DNA of 64,000 nt from the human T2T-CHM13v2.0 reference genome, Homo sapiens, in the NCBI RefSeq assembly GCF_009914755.1, contig NC_060927.1. One strand, written 5' to 3'. Under the pieces are notes generated by a model. That model was not told the DNA's origin. It did no database searches and saw only the letters and a list, made by a program, of their open reading frames with translations. Of the stretch, positions 1 through 15,411 are shown in pieces. Position 1 is the stretch's first letter. Each line of letters begins with the position of its first letter. The translations under genes and the position numbers were made by a program.

Positions 1-302
1 CTTATTTGTTCTTAAATTCATTTCCTGCCTTTCCCCTTCCCAGGCTCATATTGCACAGGCTACTTCTGTAAACTATGCTTCCAAGATCTCGATGACTGTT
101 TTGGCTGAGTTCAGCCAACAGGAAGTGGTAGCCAGGGATTGGAGGATGGCAGTGAAGGAGACACCAGGATATTTCTCCTTCCCACTCTTTCTGCCTTAGA
201 TAGAGCCCCTCTGGCTCTGGAGATAATAATGATTGTTTCCTGCAGCTGCTTAAGTTAAGGGTACCTCCACTTCCCCTAATTATCCTTCCAGGTTTTCTAA
301 GC

Positions 303-515
303 CAGGGTTCTCAACCTCAACACTATTGACATTTTGGTCTGGATGGCTCTTTGTTTTGGGGGATTGTCCTGTGTATTATAAAATGAGTTGCAGCATTCCT
401 TGAGAGACTCCATCCACTAGATACCAGTAGTCACCACCCAGCTGTGACAACAAAAATGTCTCCAGAAATTGCCAAATGTTCCCTAGGGGGCAAAATCACC
501 CCTAATTAAGAACTA
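303..515 (-). mobile_element. MER20 hAT-Charlie MITE
   Basis: Matches the reverse complement of MER20 (cagggttctcaacctc..cactattgacatttt..ttgccaaatgttccctagggggcaaaatc). Confidence 0.85.
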
Positions 516-522
516 AAGGCTG

Positions 523-860
523 GGCCGGGCGCAGTGGCTCACACCTGTAATCCCAGCACTTTGGGTGGCCGAGGTGGATGGATCACTTGAGCCAGGAGTT
601 TGAGACCAGCCTGGCCAACATGGTGACCATGTTGAGATGTAACCCATCTCTACTAAAAATACAAAAATTAGCCGGGCGTGGTGGCGTGCACTTATAATCC
701 CACCTGCTCAGGAGGCTGATGCAGGAGAATCGCCTGAACCTGGGAGGCAGAGGTTGCAGTGAGCCGAGCTCGTGCCACTGCACTCCAGCCTGGGCGACAG
801 AGTAAGACTCTGTCTCAAAAAAAAAAAAAAAAAAAAAGAAGAGAAAAGAAAAGAAAAGAA
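523..860 (+). mobile_element. AluS
   Basis: Dimeric Alu starting ggccgggcgcagtgg; poly(A) followed by (GAAAA)n. Confidence 0.95.
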
Positions 861-1171
861 CTGAAGTTCCAACCCCTTTATAACTGTATTAAATTTTCTC
901 TACTAAATTTGCTAAGGGTTTTAGTTTTCTGACTTGAAGCTGACTGATTCAGAAAGCTATAAACAATGTCTAAATTTGATCAATCAGAAATTAACACAAT
1001 AAGCATATTATTTAGAAATATGCAACCAATAAAAGAATAAACAAATAAGAGTATTGAATGTAGTTGCTTCTAGAGTGTAGGTCTGGAGAACAAAGGAGAG
1101 GTGATTTTGAACTTTTTAATATTTTGTTTTTTAAAATGTATGCATATATAGCTAATAAAAATAAAATACTG

Positions 1172-1465
1172 GGGCCCGGTGCGGTGGCTCACGCCTGTAA
1201 TACCAGCACTTTGGGAGCCCGAGGCGGGAGGATCACGAGATCGAGACCATCCTGGTTAACACGGTGAAACCCCGTCTCTACTAAAAATACTAAAAATTAG
1301 CCGGGTGTGGTGGCGGGCGCCTGGAGTCCCAGCTACTCGGAAGCTGAGGCAAGAGAATTTCGTGAACCTGGGAGGCGGAGCTTGCAGTAAGCGGAGATTT
1401 CGTCACTGCACTCCACCTGGGGCAAGACAGTGAGACTCCATCTCAAAAAAATAAATAAATAAAAT
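1172..1465 (+). mobile_element. AluY-type with small internal deletion
   Basis: Y-like accatcctggttaacacgg and gagcttgcagt; TSD aaataaaatactggg on both sides. Confidence 0.9.
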
Positions 1466-2333
1466 ACTGGGAAAAGAGAACATGAGCAATTCAGTATTCT
1501 AAGTAGAAAGCTCCAGGCAGAGGCTTAAAATTCTTATTCTCAAAAACTGATTAAAGAAGTGCTTATTCTGATCTTTTGTTTTTAATCTTACCTAAACCAT
1601 ATTCTCTTATATTTTACCCAGAGCCAAGTATGGCAGTCACCTAGCTTTTATAAATGAGTCATATTTATTTCTTTTCCAAGATATCTCCAGGCTGCCTCCT
1701 CCCAAATGGTTTTGGTTGCAGAACTGGCTTACCTGGTTGTAATCATGTAGTAGTCAGAGAAAACTACTAAAGGCACTATTGTAAATATTACAGGAACACT
1801 GAAATAACATTAGAGTCCCTGGATCTGTGTGGGTTGTGTCCCTCCAGAAAAGGTAGAGGGGAAGGTTTGCAGATGTTGCTTTACTGACTTGTGTCAATGT
1901 TTCTTATTTCAATAGCATGCCTTTCCCAAATCTCCATTCATCTCATCTCCCAAACACTGTGATTTCTACCATCAGCTCTGGTTTATCTTTGTCTCTCCCC
2001 ATCATAGCAACTGAAACAAAGTTTTCAGATTGAATTCTTGATTTGCTTGATTGCTGTGACTGTGTTCCAGTTATTTTGGAAATGCATCCGTCTGATATAT
2101 GACCAACTAATAGAAGGCAGTTTTCAATCTTCTAAAACATAAAACGATGGAAATATATGTATGTGTGTGTATTTTTGTGTGAATAAATATATAAATACAT
2201 ATACCAATATGACATATATTATACATGCATCTATATATATTTTATATACTAAATACATACATGTATGTTTTTGTATATACATTAATATTATCATATGCAT
2301 TTATTTACATGGAAATACTTTTTGTTCTGACTA

Positions 2334-2720
<387 letters not shown>

Positions 2721-2977
2721 GAAATAGATAAAAATCATGAATACTCCTAAAGTCCAGTAATAGCTATTGTATGAGTCAAAATTAATTTCAGCTACAATTA
2801 CCCAGAAAAAATATCCAAAATAACATCAAATAAAGGATATTTCTCTAATATAAAATGTCTGGCCACTGGCTATCTAGTGCTTGTACAGTGGTTCCAAATC
2901 CATCATAATCCATCAACTTCCAGATCTTCACTCCATCATTCTTAAGGTATAACCCCCATCCTCATGGTCTAAGATAT

Positions 2978-3135
2978 CTGCACTCCACCTGGGGCAAGAC
3001 AGTGAGACTCCATCTCAAAAAAATAAAAAATAAAATACTGGGAAAAGAGAACATGAGCAATTCAGTATTCTAAGTAGAAAGCTCCAGGGAGAGGCTTAAA
3101 ATTCTTATTCTCAAAAACTGATTAAAGAAGTGCTT
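2978..3135 (+). repeat. Direct copy of 1406-1564 (Alu 3' end plus ~100 bp unique flank)
   Basis: ctgcactccacctggggcaagac...ctgattaaagaagtgctt occurs at both loci with 2 differences. Confidence 0.97.
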
Positions 3136-3287
3136 TACACTTCTTTAATCAGTCATTACATGATGAAGTCATTACATTCACATTCCAAGTAGCAGATTGG
3201 TGAAAAGAGGCAAGCAAGGTACAAAGAACATGTCCTTTTAAAGTGGTTTTCTTTTTTACTTTTTTCTTTAATTTTAAAAAATATGTA

Positions 3288-3746
<459 letters not shown>

Positions 3747-4601
3747 TAACTAATTGACCAAACTCAGTCACACAGCCACATAGCTGCCAGAAAAAAGGGA
3801 AATATAGAACATTTAGGTGGGCACTGGAGTGGGAACAACAGAATAAGGATCTCCAAAAATCTACTCCTCCATAACAGTAATAAAAACACTGACAAAAATA
3901 GTCAAAATCAACTTTTTCAGAATACTGGATATTAATCAAAGGCTTGCAACAATCCAAAAAGCATTTCTTGAAGAAATTGGCTGAATCGTGGTTAAAAAAA
4001 AAAAGTGAGCTTTGTGACATCTTAACTAGCCCTGTTTACAGATTCTCTCCCCACATGAAGAAATAAAGAAATACCACTGGTAATGGTAACTACATAAGTA
4101 AATACAAAAAACAGTATAAAGGTAATTTTTGTTTGAAATGTTCCTTTTCTCCTATCTTATTTAAAAGATAACTGCATAAAACAATACTTACAAATCTATG
4201 TCAATGGGTATATAATGTATAAAGATATAATTTTTATGTCAATAATAGAACAAAGGGGGAGGGAAGGAATGAGCCATATAGGGAAAAAGTTTGTCTATAC
4301 TATTGAAATTAATCTGGTATTAATACAAACTAAATTGTTTTAAGTTTAGATGTTAATTGTAATCTCTAAGGCAATCACAAAATAACTCAAAGAATCCTAA
4401 AATAAATTAGAAGGGAATAAAAATGGTACAGTAAAACACATTTAACAATATAGGAAAAAATAGGAAAATGGCAATTATAAAGCCTCTTATTCATAATTAC
4501 ACTAAGTGTAAATGGTTTAAACACTCCAATTAAAGGCAGAGATTGGCAAAATTGATGAAAAACATGATCCAACTATATTGTGTTTACAAGTGACACACTT
4601 T

Positions 4602-4963
4602 ATTTTTATTATTATTGTTATTGTTATTATTATTATTTTATTTCAATAGGTTTTTTTGGGAACAGGCAGTGTTTGGTTACATGAATAAGTTCTTTAGTGG
4701 TGATTTCTGAGATTTTGGTGCACCCATCACCTGAGCAGTGTACACTGTACCCAACATGTAGTCTTTTATCCCTCACCCCCTAACCCCCTTTCTCCCAAGT
4801 TCCCAACGTCTATTGTATCATTCCTATGCCTTTGCATCCTCATAGCTTAGCTACCACTTATGAGTGAGAACATATGTGTTTGGTTTTCCATTCCTGACTT
4901 ACTTCACTTAGAATAATGGTCTCCAATTCCATCCAGGTTGCTGCAAATGCCATTATTTCATTC
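4602..4963 (-). mobile_element. 5'-truncated L1PB-like 3' end
   Basis: L1PB-type 3'UTR (gtttggttacatgaataagttctttagtggtgatttctgag); degenerate TSD tacaag(t/a)gacaca(c/t)ttt at ~4585 and ~4964. Confidence 0.85.
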
Positions 4964-5504
4964 TACAAGAGACACATTTTAGGTTCAAGATATAAAGAGC
5001 TTAAAAGCAAAAGAATGGGAAAAGATATACCATGCAAAGAGTAACTAAAAGAGAGCTAAAATGGCTGTATTAATATAAGACAAAATGGACTTAAGACAAA
5101 AAATTGTTACTAGAGACAGAGGCCATTTTCTAATGATAAAAGAGTCAGTCCTCAAGAAAGTGTAACAGTTATAAACATATATTAACCTAATAACAGAGCC
5201 AAAAAGTAAATGAAACAAAAACTGACAGAATTAAAGGAAAAATAGACAATTCAACAATAAGAGTTGGAGACTTCAATACCTCACATTCAGTAATGGATAA
5301 AACAACTAGACAGAAGATCAACAAGAAAACAGAATGCTTAAATAATACTATAAACCAACTAGGTCTAATAGACATCTATAGAACACTCCACCCAACAACA
5401 ACAGAATACACATTTTTCTCAAGTATATATAGGCCACTCTCTAGGACAGAACGTATATTAGGCCATAAAATGCATATCAAAATCTATCACTGTATTTTCT
5501 TTTT

Positions 5505-6858
5505 TTTTAATAGAAGGGACTTTTATTATTTTTTCAGAGAATTCAGACAGCCATTGATTAAACAGAGCCATTTCTCAGCGCTCTTTTCTCTCCATTTAAG
5601 AAATTGGAATACAGCATGATGAGAATGATGATGCCAAAACAAGATTGCTGGCTCACATCATCTAGGGTACAAATACGCACTTACTTAATCACTTGACACT
5701 TCATTGAATGCAAAGCAATATTTAGCATCTTTGCCTTCGTTGTACACAGCTGAAGCGGGAGCCCAGGGAGGGGAACACTGCATGGTTTTCCTTGGTGGGG
5801 GAGGTGTGCACCCTGCAGTCCTGTCGTGTTGGGGGAAGATCAGCCCATGTTCTGTCGGTTGCCATAGCCCCCAGGATGGGTGTCCTTCCAGTTATCCCAC
5901 TCCCGAACTCTGTAGAGTGTTCATCATCCTCTCCCTCCTTCACTTCTTGATACTTCTGTTGCTGAGCTGCTTTTCTGAATTTCTCTGGTGTTGCAGTGGC
6001 TATTCCCTGATCTGGCAATGCTCCATATTTCCGATGTTGTTCATACCAGTCACTCACTGTCATAGTTGCCAGACTTGGATAACTAGCTCCAAATAATTTG
6101 GCTTGGGCTGTGTTCCGCGTGAGAATGAAGGATTTCACTGGAGGCCTCTCCTGGAGAGATGAGTTAGAAGCTAATGACTGTCTTCAAGAGTCTCTCTCAG
6201 GATCTTTATTTCCTGGTCAATGCTCTCAATCTCTTCTAAGCTGGTATCAATCCCCCTTTGAAGGTGAAGAAGATAATATTCACGAACATGCTCATCATCT
6301 GCTTGACCACTTTCCACAGCAGATTTCATTGCAGACAACCTATGGTCCAACTCCTTCTTCTGCTTGTATCTCTCTATTTTAGCCTGCCTTTGAGATGCCA
6401 TAGCAACGAGACTAGGATAAGCCATGGAGGAATTAGCAGTGTGATTTTCAGCTGAGTTGTTCTTGGTTTTGAGCAGCTCAAACTTTGCAATGTGATAGTA
6501 ATGGCACTGAGTTAAGTAGTTTATAAAATGTTCTCGAGCCCGCTGCAAGACGCTTGCTAGGGTTGACTTGTTTCATGGTGAGGGCTCCTTGAAGTGCTGG
6601 CACCAACAGGTACTTCAGCTCGGTGAAAGCAATCTCTTCCAAATCTTCATTTCAATTGAACAAGTCGAGCTGCGATAACATTTCGGGAACCTTCTCAAGG
6701 AGGCCCAGGCCCTTGAACACCTTCTCCTGGACTATCTGGTAACCGGTGGTTTCAGCTGCTAATTCTACTTCGTCCAGAAGCTGTTTGCCTGTTTCGAGCA
6801 GCATGGGGAGCCGCGGCAACAGTAACTCATCTTCAGCAGCCATCTTGGGGAGGGAGGG
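5505..6858 (-). pseudogene. IGBP1: IGBP1 (alpha4/Tap42 family) processed pseudogene; CDS relic 6843->5840
   Basis: Intronless. ORF pieces [50 protein letters not shown] and [29 protein letters not shown] match IGBP1. Premature TGA at codon 64 and >=3 frameshifts. AATAAA at 5527-5522, short poly(A), 14-bp TSD tgtattttcttttt at 5491-5504 and 6859-6872. Confidence 0.97.
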
Positions 6859-8182
6859 TGTATTTTCTTTTTAAGAGAGACAGATCGCACTATTTTGCCC
6901 ATGCTGGACTTAACCCCTGGGCTCAAGTGATTCTCCTTCCTCAGCCTCCCAAATATAAAAAATGTTAAAATTTTAAATGGATTGAAATCATTCAAATTAT
7001 CTTCTTCAATCACAATGGAATCAAATTAAATTCAATAACAGAAGGAAATCTGGAGAATTTGCAAGTATGTGAAAATGAAACAGTACACTCATAAATAACT
7101 AAAGGGTCAAAAGAGAAATCACTGGTGAAATTAGAAAATACTTTGAGTTGAATAAAAATGAAAACACAATATTCAAAAACTTATGGGATTCAGATAAAAC
7201 AGTGCTAACAGGAAATTTATAGCTGTAAGTACTTACAATTTAAAAAAAAGAAAGATGTCAAAACAATTGCCAACCTTCCTTATCATGAAACTAAAATAAG
7301 AAGAGCAAATTAAACCCAAAGCAAGTAGGAGGAAGGAAATAATAAAGATTCAAGCAGAAATAAATGAAATATAGAACAGAAAAGTAATGGAGAAAATAAT
7401 CAAAATCAAAAGTTGGTTCTTTGAAAAGATCAACAAAATTGACAAATCTTTAGCTAGACTAGGAAAAAAGAGAGAAGATGCAGGTTTCTAAAATCAGGAA
7501 TAAAAGAGGGAACATTACCACAGAGTTTACAGAAATAAAAAAGGTTATAAGGGACTACTATGAATAATTATATGTTAACAAATTAGATAACCTAGAAATA
7601 GAAAATCTCAATAGAGTTATAACAAGTGAAGAAAATGAATTAGTAATCTAGGCATCAACGTGCCAAGATAATCAGGATTCTTGATGTTAAGGAAGAGGAA
7701 GATTGCAGGAGGCTACCATCAGTCTCTGCCACAACTACTGTTGACACTTAGGTTGACACTCCTAGAATAACATATATGTGTAATTTATCATGTAGACCAT
7801 TTGGTGACTTAACCAATTTGGTTTATTGGAAATTTAAAATGTAACAGCATTTCAAAGGAAGAAAGCCTGAGTTATTCACCAAGTTTACTACCTTGCCAAA
7901 TTGGCGATTTGTCCGTAAAGAAACAATTGGTTGTTTTTTCTTACTTTGTTTTCTAACAGGGTAATGTGAAAGCGTTCTCTGACAGAGCTCATGTAATTCC
8001 ATAGCTCCAGTTACTAACTGTACTAATTTCTCTAAAACTTTTTCTCTAGCCTAATGTTTTCTCTTAAGCTCCAGAGCCTTATACCCAGGGGCTTCCTGAA
8101 CATCTCCGCTTGGATGTTTTGCAGGTGCTTCCAACTCTAGATGTCTAAAACTAGACTCTCTGGGTGTGGCCTTTCTTTCAGT

Positions 8183-8558
8183 TTTTTTTTCTTTCAAAAG
8201 ATGTGATCTCACTATGTTGCCTAGGCTGGCTTTGAACTCCTGGGCTCACGCCATCTTCCCACCTCAGCCTTCTGAGTAGCTGGGACTAGGCATGTACCAC
8301 TGTGTCCAGCTTGAGTGTGGCCTTTCTGATTAAAAGGTAGCCTTTTTGGCTGGGCGCAGCGGCTCACATCTGAAATCCCAGCACTTTGGGAGGCAAAGGT
8401 GGATAGATCGCTTGAGCCTAAGAGTTTGAGACTAGCCTGGGCAACATGGTGAAACCCCATCTCTACAAAAAATTAAAATAAAAAATTAGCTGGGCATGGT
8501 GGCATGCGCCTATAGTCCCAGCCACTTGGGAAGCTGAGATGGGAGGATCGCTTGAGCC
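8183..8558. mobile_element. FLAM (-, 8183-8313) and 3'-truncated AluJ (+, 8348-8558)
   Basis: Alu monomer and partial dimer motifs. Confidence 0.85.
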
Positions 8559-8559
8559 T

Positions 8560-10410
<1,851 letters not shown>

Positions 10411-10413
10411 CCC

Positions 10414-12079
10414 TGAGAGGTGACAGCGTGCGCCCTCGCTCGCTCTCGGCGCCTCCTCGGTCTTGGCGGCCACTCTGGCCGCGCTTGAGGAGCCCTTCAG
10501 CCCACCGCTGCACTGTGGGAGCCCCTTTCTGGGCTGGCCAAGGCCGGAGCTGGCTCCTTCAGCATGCAGGGAGGTGTGGAGGGAGAGGCGCCAGCGGGAA
10601 CCCGGGCAGCGCGCGGTGCTTGAGGGCCAGCTGGAGTTCCGGGTGGGCGTGGGCTTGGCGGGCCCCCGCACTCTGAGTGGCTGGCCGGCCGGCCCTGCCG
10701 GCCCCGCGCAATGAGGGGCTTAGCATCTGGGCCAGCGGCTGCGGAGGGTGTGCTGGGTCCCCCAGTAGTGCCGGCCCACTCGATTTCTCGCCGGGCCTTA
10801 GCTGCCTTCCCTCGGGGCAGGGCTCGGGACCTGCAGCCCGCCATGCCTGAGCCTCCCCCCTCCCTCCGTGAGCTCTTGTGCTACCGGAGCGTCCCCGACG
10901 AGCGCCGCCCCCTGCTCCACAGCGCCCAGTCCCATCGACCACCCAAGGGCTGAGGAGTGCGGGCGCAGGGCACAGGACTGGCAGGCAGCTCCACCTGCCG
11001 CCCCTGTGAGGGATCCACTGGGTGAAGCCAGCTGGGCTCCTGAGTCTGGTGGGGACTTGGAGAACCTTTATGTCTAGCTAAGGGATTGTAAATACACCAA
11101 TTGGCACTGTGTATCTAGCTCAAGGTTTGTAAACACACCAATCAGCACCCTGTGTCTAGCTCAGGGTTTGTGAATATACCAATGGACACTCTGTATCTAG
11201 CTACTCTGGTGGGGACTTGCAGAACCTTTATGTCTAGCTAAGGGATTGTGAATACACCAATCGGCACTCTGTATCTAGCTCAAGGTTTGTAAACACACCA
11301 ATCAGCACCCTGTGTCTAGCTCAGGGTTTGTGAATGCACCAATTGATACTCTGTATCTAGCTACTCTGGTGGGGACTTGGAGAACCTTTGTGTCAACAAT
11401 CTGTATCTAGCTAATCTAGTGGGGACGTGGAGAACCTTTGTGTCTAGCTCAGGGATTGTAAACGCACCAATCAGCACCCTGTCAAAACAGACCACTCGGC
11501 TCTCTGTAAAATGGACCAATCAGCAGGATGTGGGTGGGGCCAGATAAGAGAATAAAAGCAGGCTGCCTGAGCTCGCAGCGGTAACTGGGTGAGGTTCTTT
11601 TGTACGGTGTGGAAGCTTTGTTTCTTCGCTCTTTGTAGTAAATTTTGTTGCTGCTCACCGTTCCTTTGGGAGCTGTAGCATTCACCGCCAAAGTTTGCAG
11701 CTTTATTCTGGAGCCAGAGAGACCACGAAGCCGCCGGGAGGAATGAGTAACTGCAGATGCGCCGCATTAAGAGCTGTAATACTCACCGGGAAGGTTCGCA
11801 GCTTCAGTTCTGAGCCAGCGAGACCACGAAGCCGCAGGGAGGAACCAACAATTCCAGATGCGCTGCCTTAAGAGCTGTAACACCGCGAAGGTCTGCAGCT
11901 GCACTCTTCAGCCAGCGAGCCACGAACCCAGCCGGAAGGAAGAAACTCCAAACACATCTCCACATCAGAAGGAACAAACTGTGGACACGCCGCCTTTAAG
12001 AACTGTAACACTCACTGTGAGGGTGCTTGGCTTCATTGTTGAAGTCTGTGAGACCAAGAACCCGCCATTTCTAGGCACA
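10414..12079 (+). mobile_element. HERV9 solo LTR, LTR12C/E-type
   Basis: Starts TGAGAGGTGACAGCGTG; GC/CpG-rich U3; tandem ctgtatctagct/CCAAT repeats; AATAAAA box at 11551; U5 repeats; ends gagaccaagaaccc..ggcaca. Confidence 0.95.
11090..11590 (+). promoter_or_regulatory. LTR12 U3 enhancer/promoter (CCAAT/NF-Y array, GATA, TATA-like box)
   Basis: About 8 CCAAT boxes from 11097 to 11520, AGATAAG at 11542, AATAAAA at 11551-11557; known ERV9 promoter architecture. Confidence 0.75.
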
Positions 12080-12179
12080 ATGTCTCATTTTCTCTCAGCC
12101 ATTCCAGACTTTACTACTAATCTACTTTGTTTCCAGAGATTTGCCTATTATCAATATTTCACAAAAGGATCATAGAATA

Positions 12180-12989
12180 TGTGGTGAGCTATTTTTATTC
12201 ACTAACACTTAAGACCAAAATGTGTGGGTTTTTTTTTCCTAATATCAGCCAAATTCTCCAGTTCTCCAGACACCAACTGGGTGTCCAAAAACTCAATTTA
12301 AATCTGACAACACACTCCACAGAATTAGTGTCACACCAAGTTAAGGACTCATTCATACAGAATCATCCCCTCTTCAGTCACCAATTGCAAGTGCAAGGTT
12401 GCTACTTTTACTTCTGACCAGCTAGCTATAAATTGGAGATCTCATGAGACCCTACTCAGGCCTAGTGATTTACTAGAGTGTCTCACAAAACTCAAGGAAA
12501 TGGTCTACTTGCCATTACCAGTTTATTCCAAAGGATACAAACTAGGAAAAGAGAAATAGAACAGAAAAATAAGACAAGGTAGATGGGCAAGGGAAACAAA
12601 GTTTCTATGTCTGCTCTGACATACCACCCTGCCAAGTACCTCGATGTGTTCACCTACTTGAAAACTCTTCAAACCCAACATTTAGGGGTTTTTATGGAGA
12701 TTTCATTACTTATCCATGATTGATTAGATCACTGGTGATTGGTGATTAGCTCAATCTCCTGCCTCTCTCCCGTCCAAGGAGGTCAGGGGGTGGGAATGAA
12801 ACATCCAACCCTCTAATCATGCCTCGTCTTCCTGGAGACCATCCCCCATTCTACAGTTATCTAGGAGTTACCAGCCACCAGTCATTTCATCAGCATGCAA
12901 AAGATACTTATTACTCCAGAGATTCTAAGAGTTTTGGGAGCTTTGTGTCAGAAACTGGAGTCAAAGACCAAATATTTATTGTTTATTAC
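12180..12989 (-). mobile_element. MER21-family LTR
   Basis: accaaaatgtgtgggttttt..gacaccaactgggtgtcc..gaccaaatatttatt..attaca; inserted in an L1ME 3' end. Confidence 0.75.
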
Positions 12990-13051
12990 ATACATGTAGT
13001 TTTTTGTAACTGGCCTCTTTCACTTAGCATAATACTTTCAAGGTTTATTCA

Positions 13052-13715
<664 letters not shown>

Positions 13716-13944
13716 TGATTTTGATGAAATATTATTGCATTAAATTTAGAAAAGCAGTTGACATACAGTAAAGAGTTAACTTGAGACAATGAATGTCATG
13801 GGATAATGCTTGATTTGGTAAAAGGTTTCATCTAAATAGTTCTCGTTGTCCCTTAGCATAGGGAATTTCTTACTCAAGCTAGTCTTGTTTAATAAATTTC
13901 CATTTTCCAGCATTTGATTAATCTTGACAGTTGGGGTGTAAGCG

Positions 13945-14583
<639 letters not shown>

Positions 14584-15089
14584 CTACACCTTCCAGAAAG
14601 CATAAAAATAATTCTCTATTTATTTGTTGCCTGGCAACAATACTCTTTATTTTTATTCACAGGGAAATTTCAGAAATATTTGCTGATCAGTGCAACTGTG
14701 GCAAGGAAGGGGAAAAGTGAAAATAGCTCTCTTAAGGTTCAAAAATTGATATGGCAGTTTAACCTTTTTCATTTGTATAGACCTAGGTGGTGCTCATGAC
14801 CCTGAAGAGCAAAAAGCATATCAAATGTAAAGGCAGAGTGAATATGATCAGAGAGGATCAAGGGTCTTTGGGATACACTACGTGAAGGTGTTGCAGTTCT
14901 CAGGAGGTACGGGTTCAGATTGCATTTATAAGGCTCAACAGTAGGGCTCAGGCTAAATTTTATTTTATTGTCCATCCTGATTAGTCCCTGTGGTAGCAGT
15001 ATTTTTGTTTCACAACTCCTTCCTTCCCCAAGCTTGCTATGGTTTACTATAGATAAAGTACGCTTCTCCACCTAATTCACGTTGGGCAT

Positions 15090-15411
15090 GGTCAATACAA
15101 TGTGGGTGGATGTATCATATGCTATATCTGACCAGAGACTTTATATGAGTTTGTGAAATTTGGCATGACCTCCTGCATTTCTGCCTTTTGCTTTGAGGAG
15201 AGAATGCCCCAAGTAGCCATTGCCCATTTAGCCTGGGTCCTGGAATGAGAAACACATAGGAAAGACCCAAACCTAAGCCCAAGTGAGCCTGGACAACCCA
15301 CATGCAGTGCACAGACCAGTGAGTGAAAAATAAATATTTGTTCTTATGAATCACTGACATTTGGGAGTTACCTGTTGTGCAACACTATTGCATTAAATCT
15401 TGACTAATACA
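15090..15411 (+). mobile_element. MLT1 (MaLR) LTR remnant
   Basis: agcctgggtcctggaatgaga..aataaatatttgttc..tgactaataca terminus. Confidence 0.7.

Larger units (their letters stand above)
3830..7650 (+). mobile_element. Old L1 (L1M-type) with ORF2 endonuclease region, interrupted by L1PB, IGBP1 pseudogene and an Alu fragment
   Basis: ORF2 N-terminus ITLSVNGLNTPIK near 4495; ORF 5293-5619 RQKINK..LIDIYRTLHPTTTEYTFFSS is L1 EN; L1 resumes at ~6955. Confidence 0.9.

Noticed and set aside
2978-3135. Alu 3' transduction or assembly error as the cause of the duplication
   Set aside because: There is no terminal poly(A) or TSD, the copies differ at 2 positions, and a novel hairpin junction is present.
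5722-6843. Functional IGBP1 retrogene
   Set aside because: A premature stop and at least three frameshifts break the CDS.
11040-11480. Regularly spaced repeats resembling a CRISPR array
   Set aside because: These are LTR12 U3 tandem enhancer repeats: no unique spacers, no cas genes, primate DNA.
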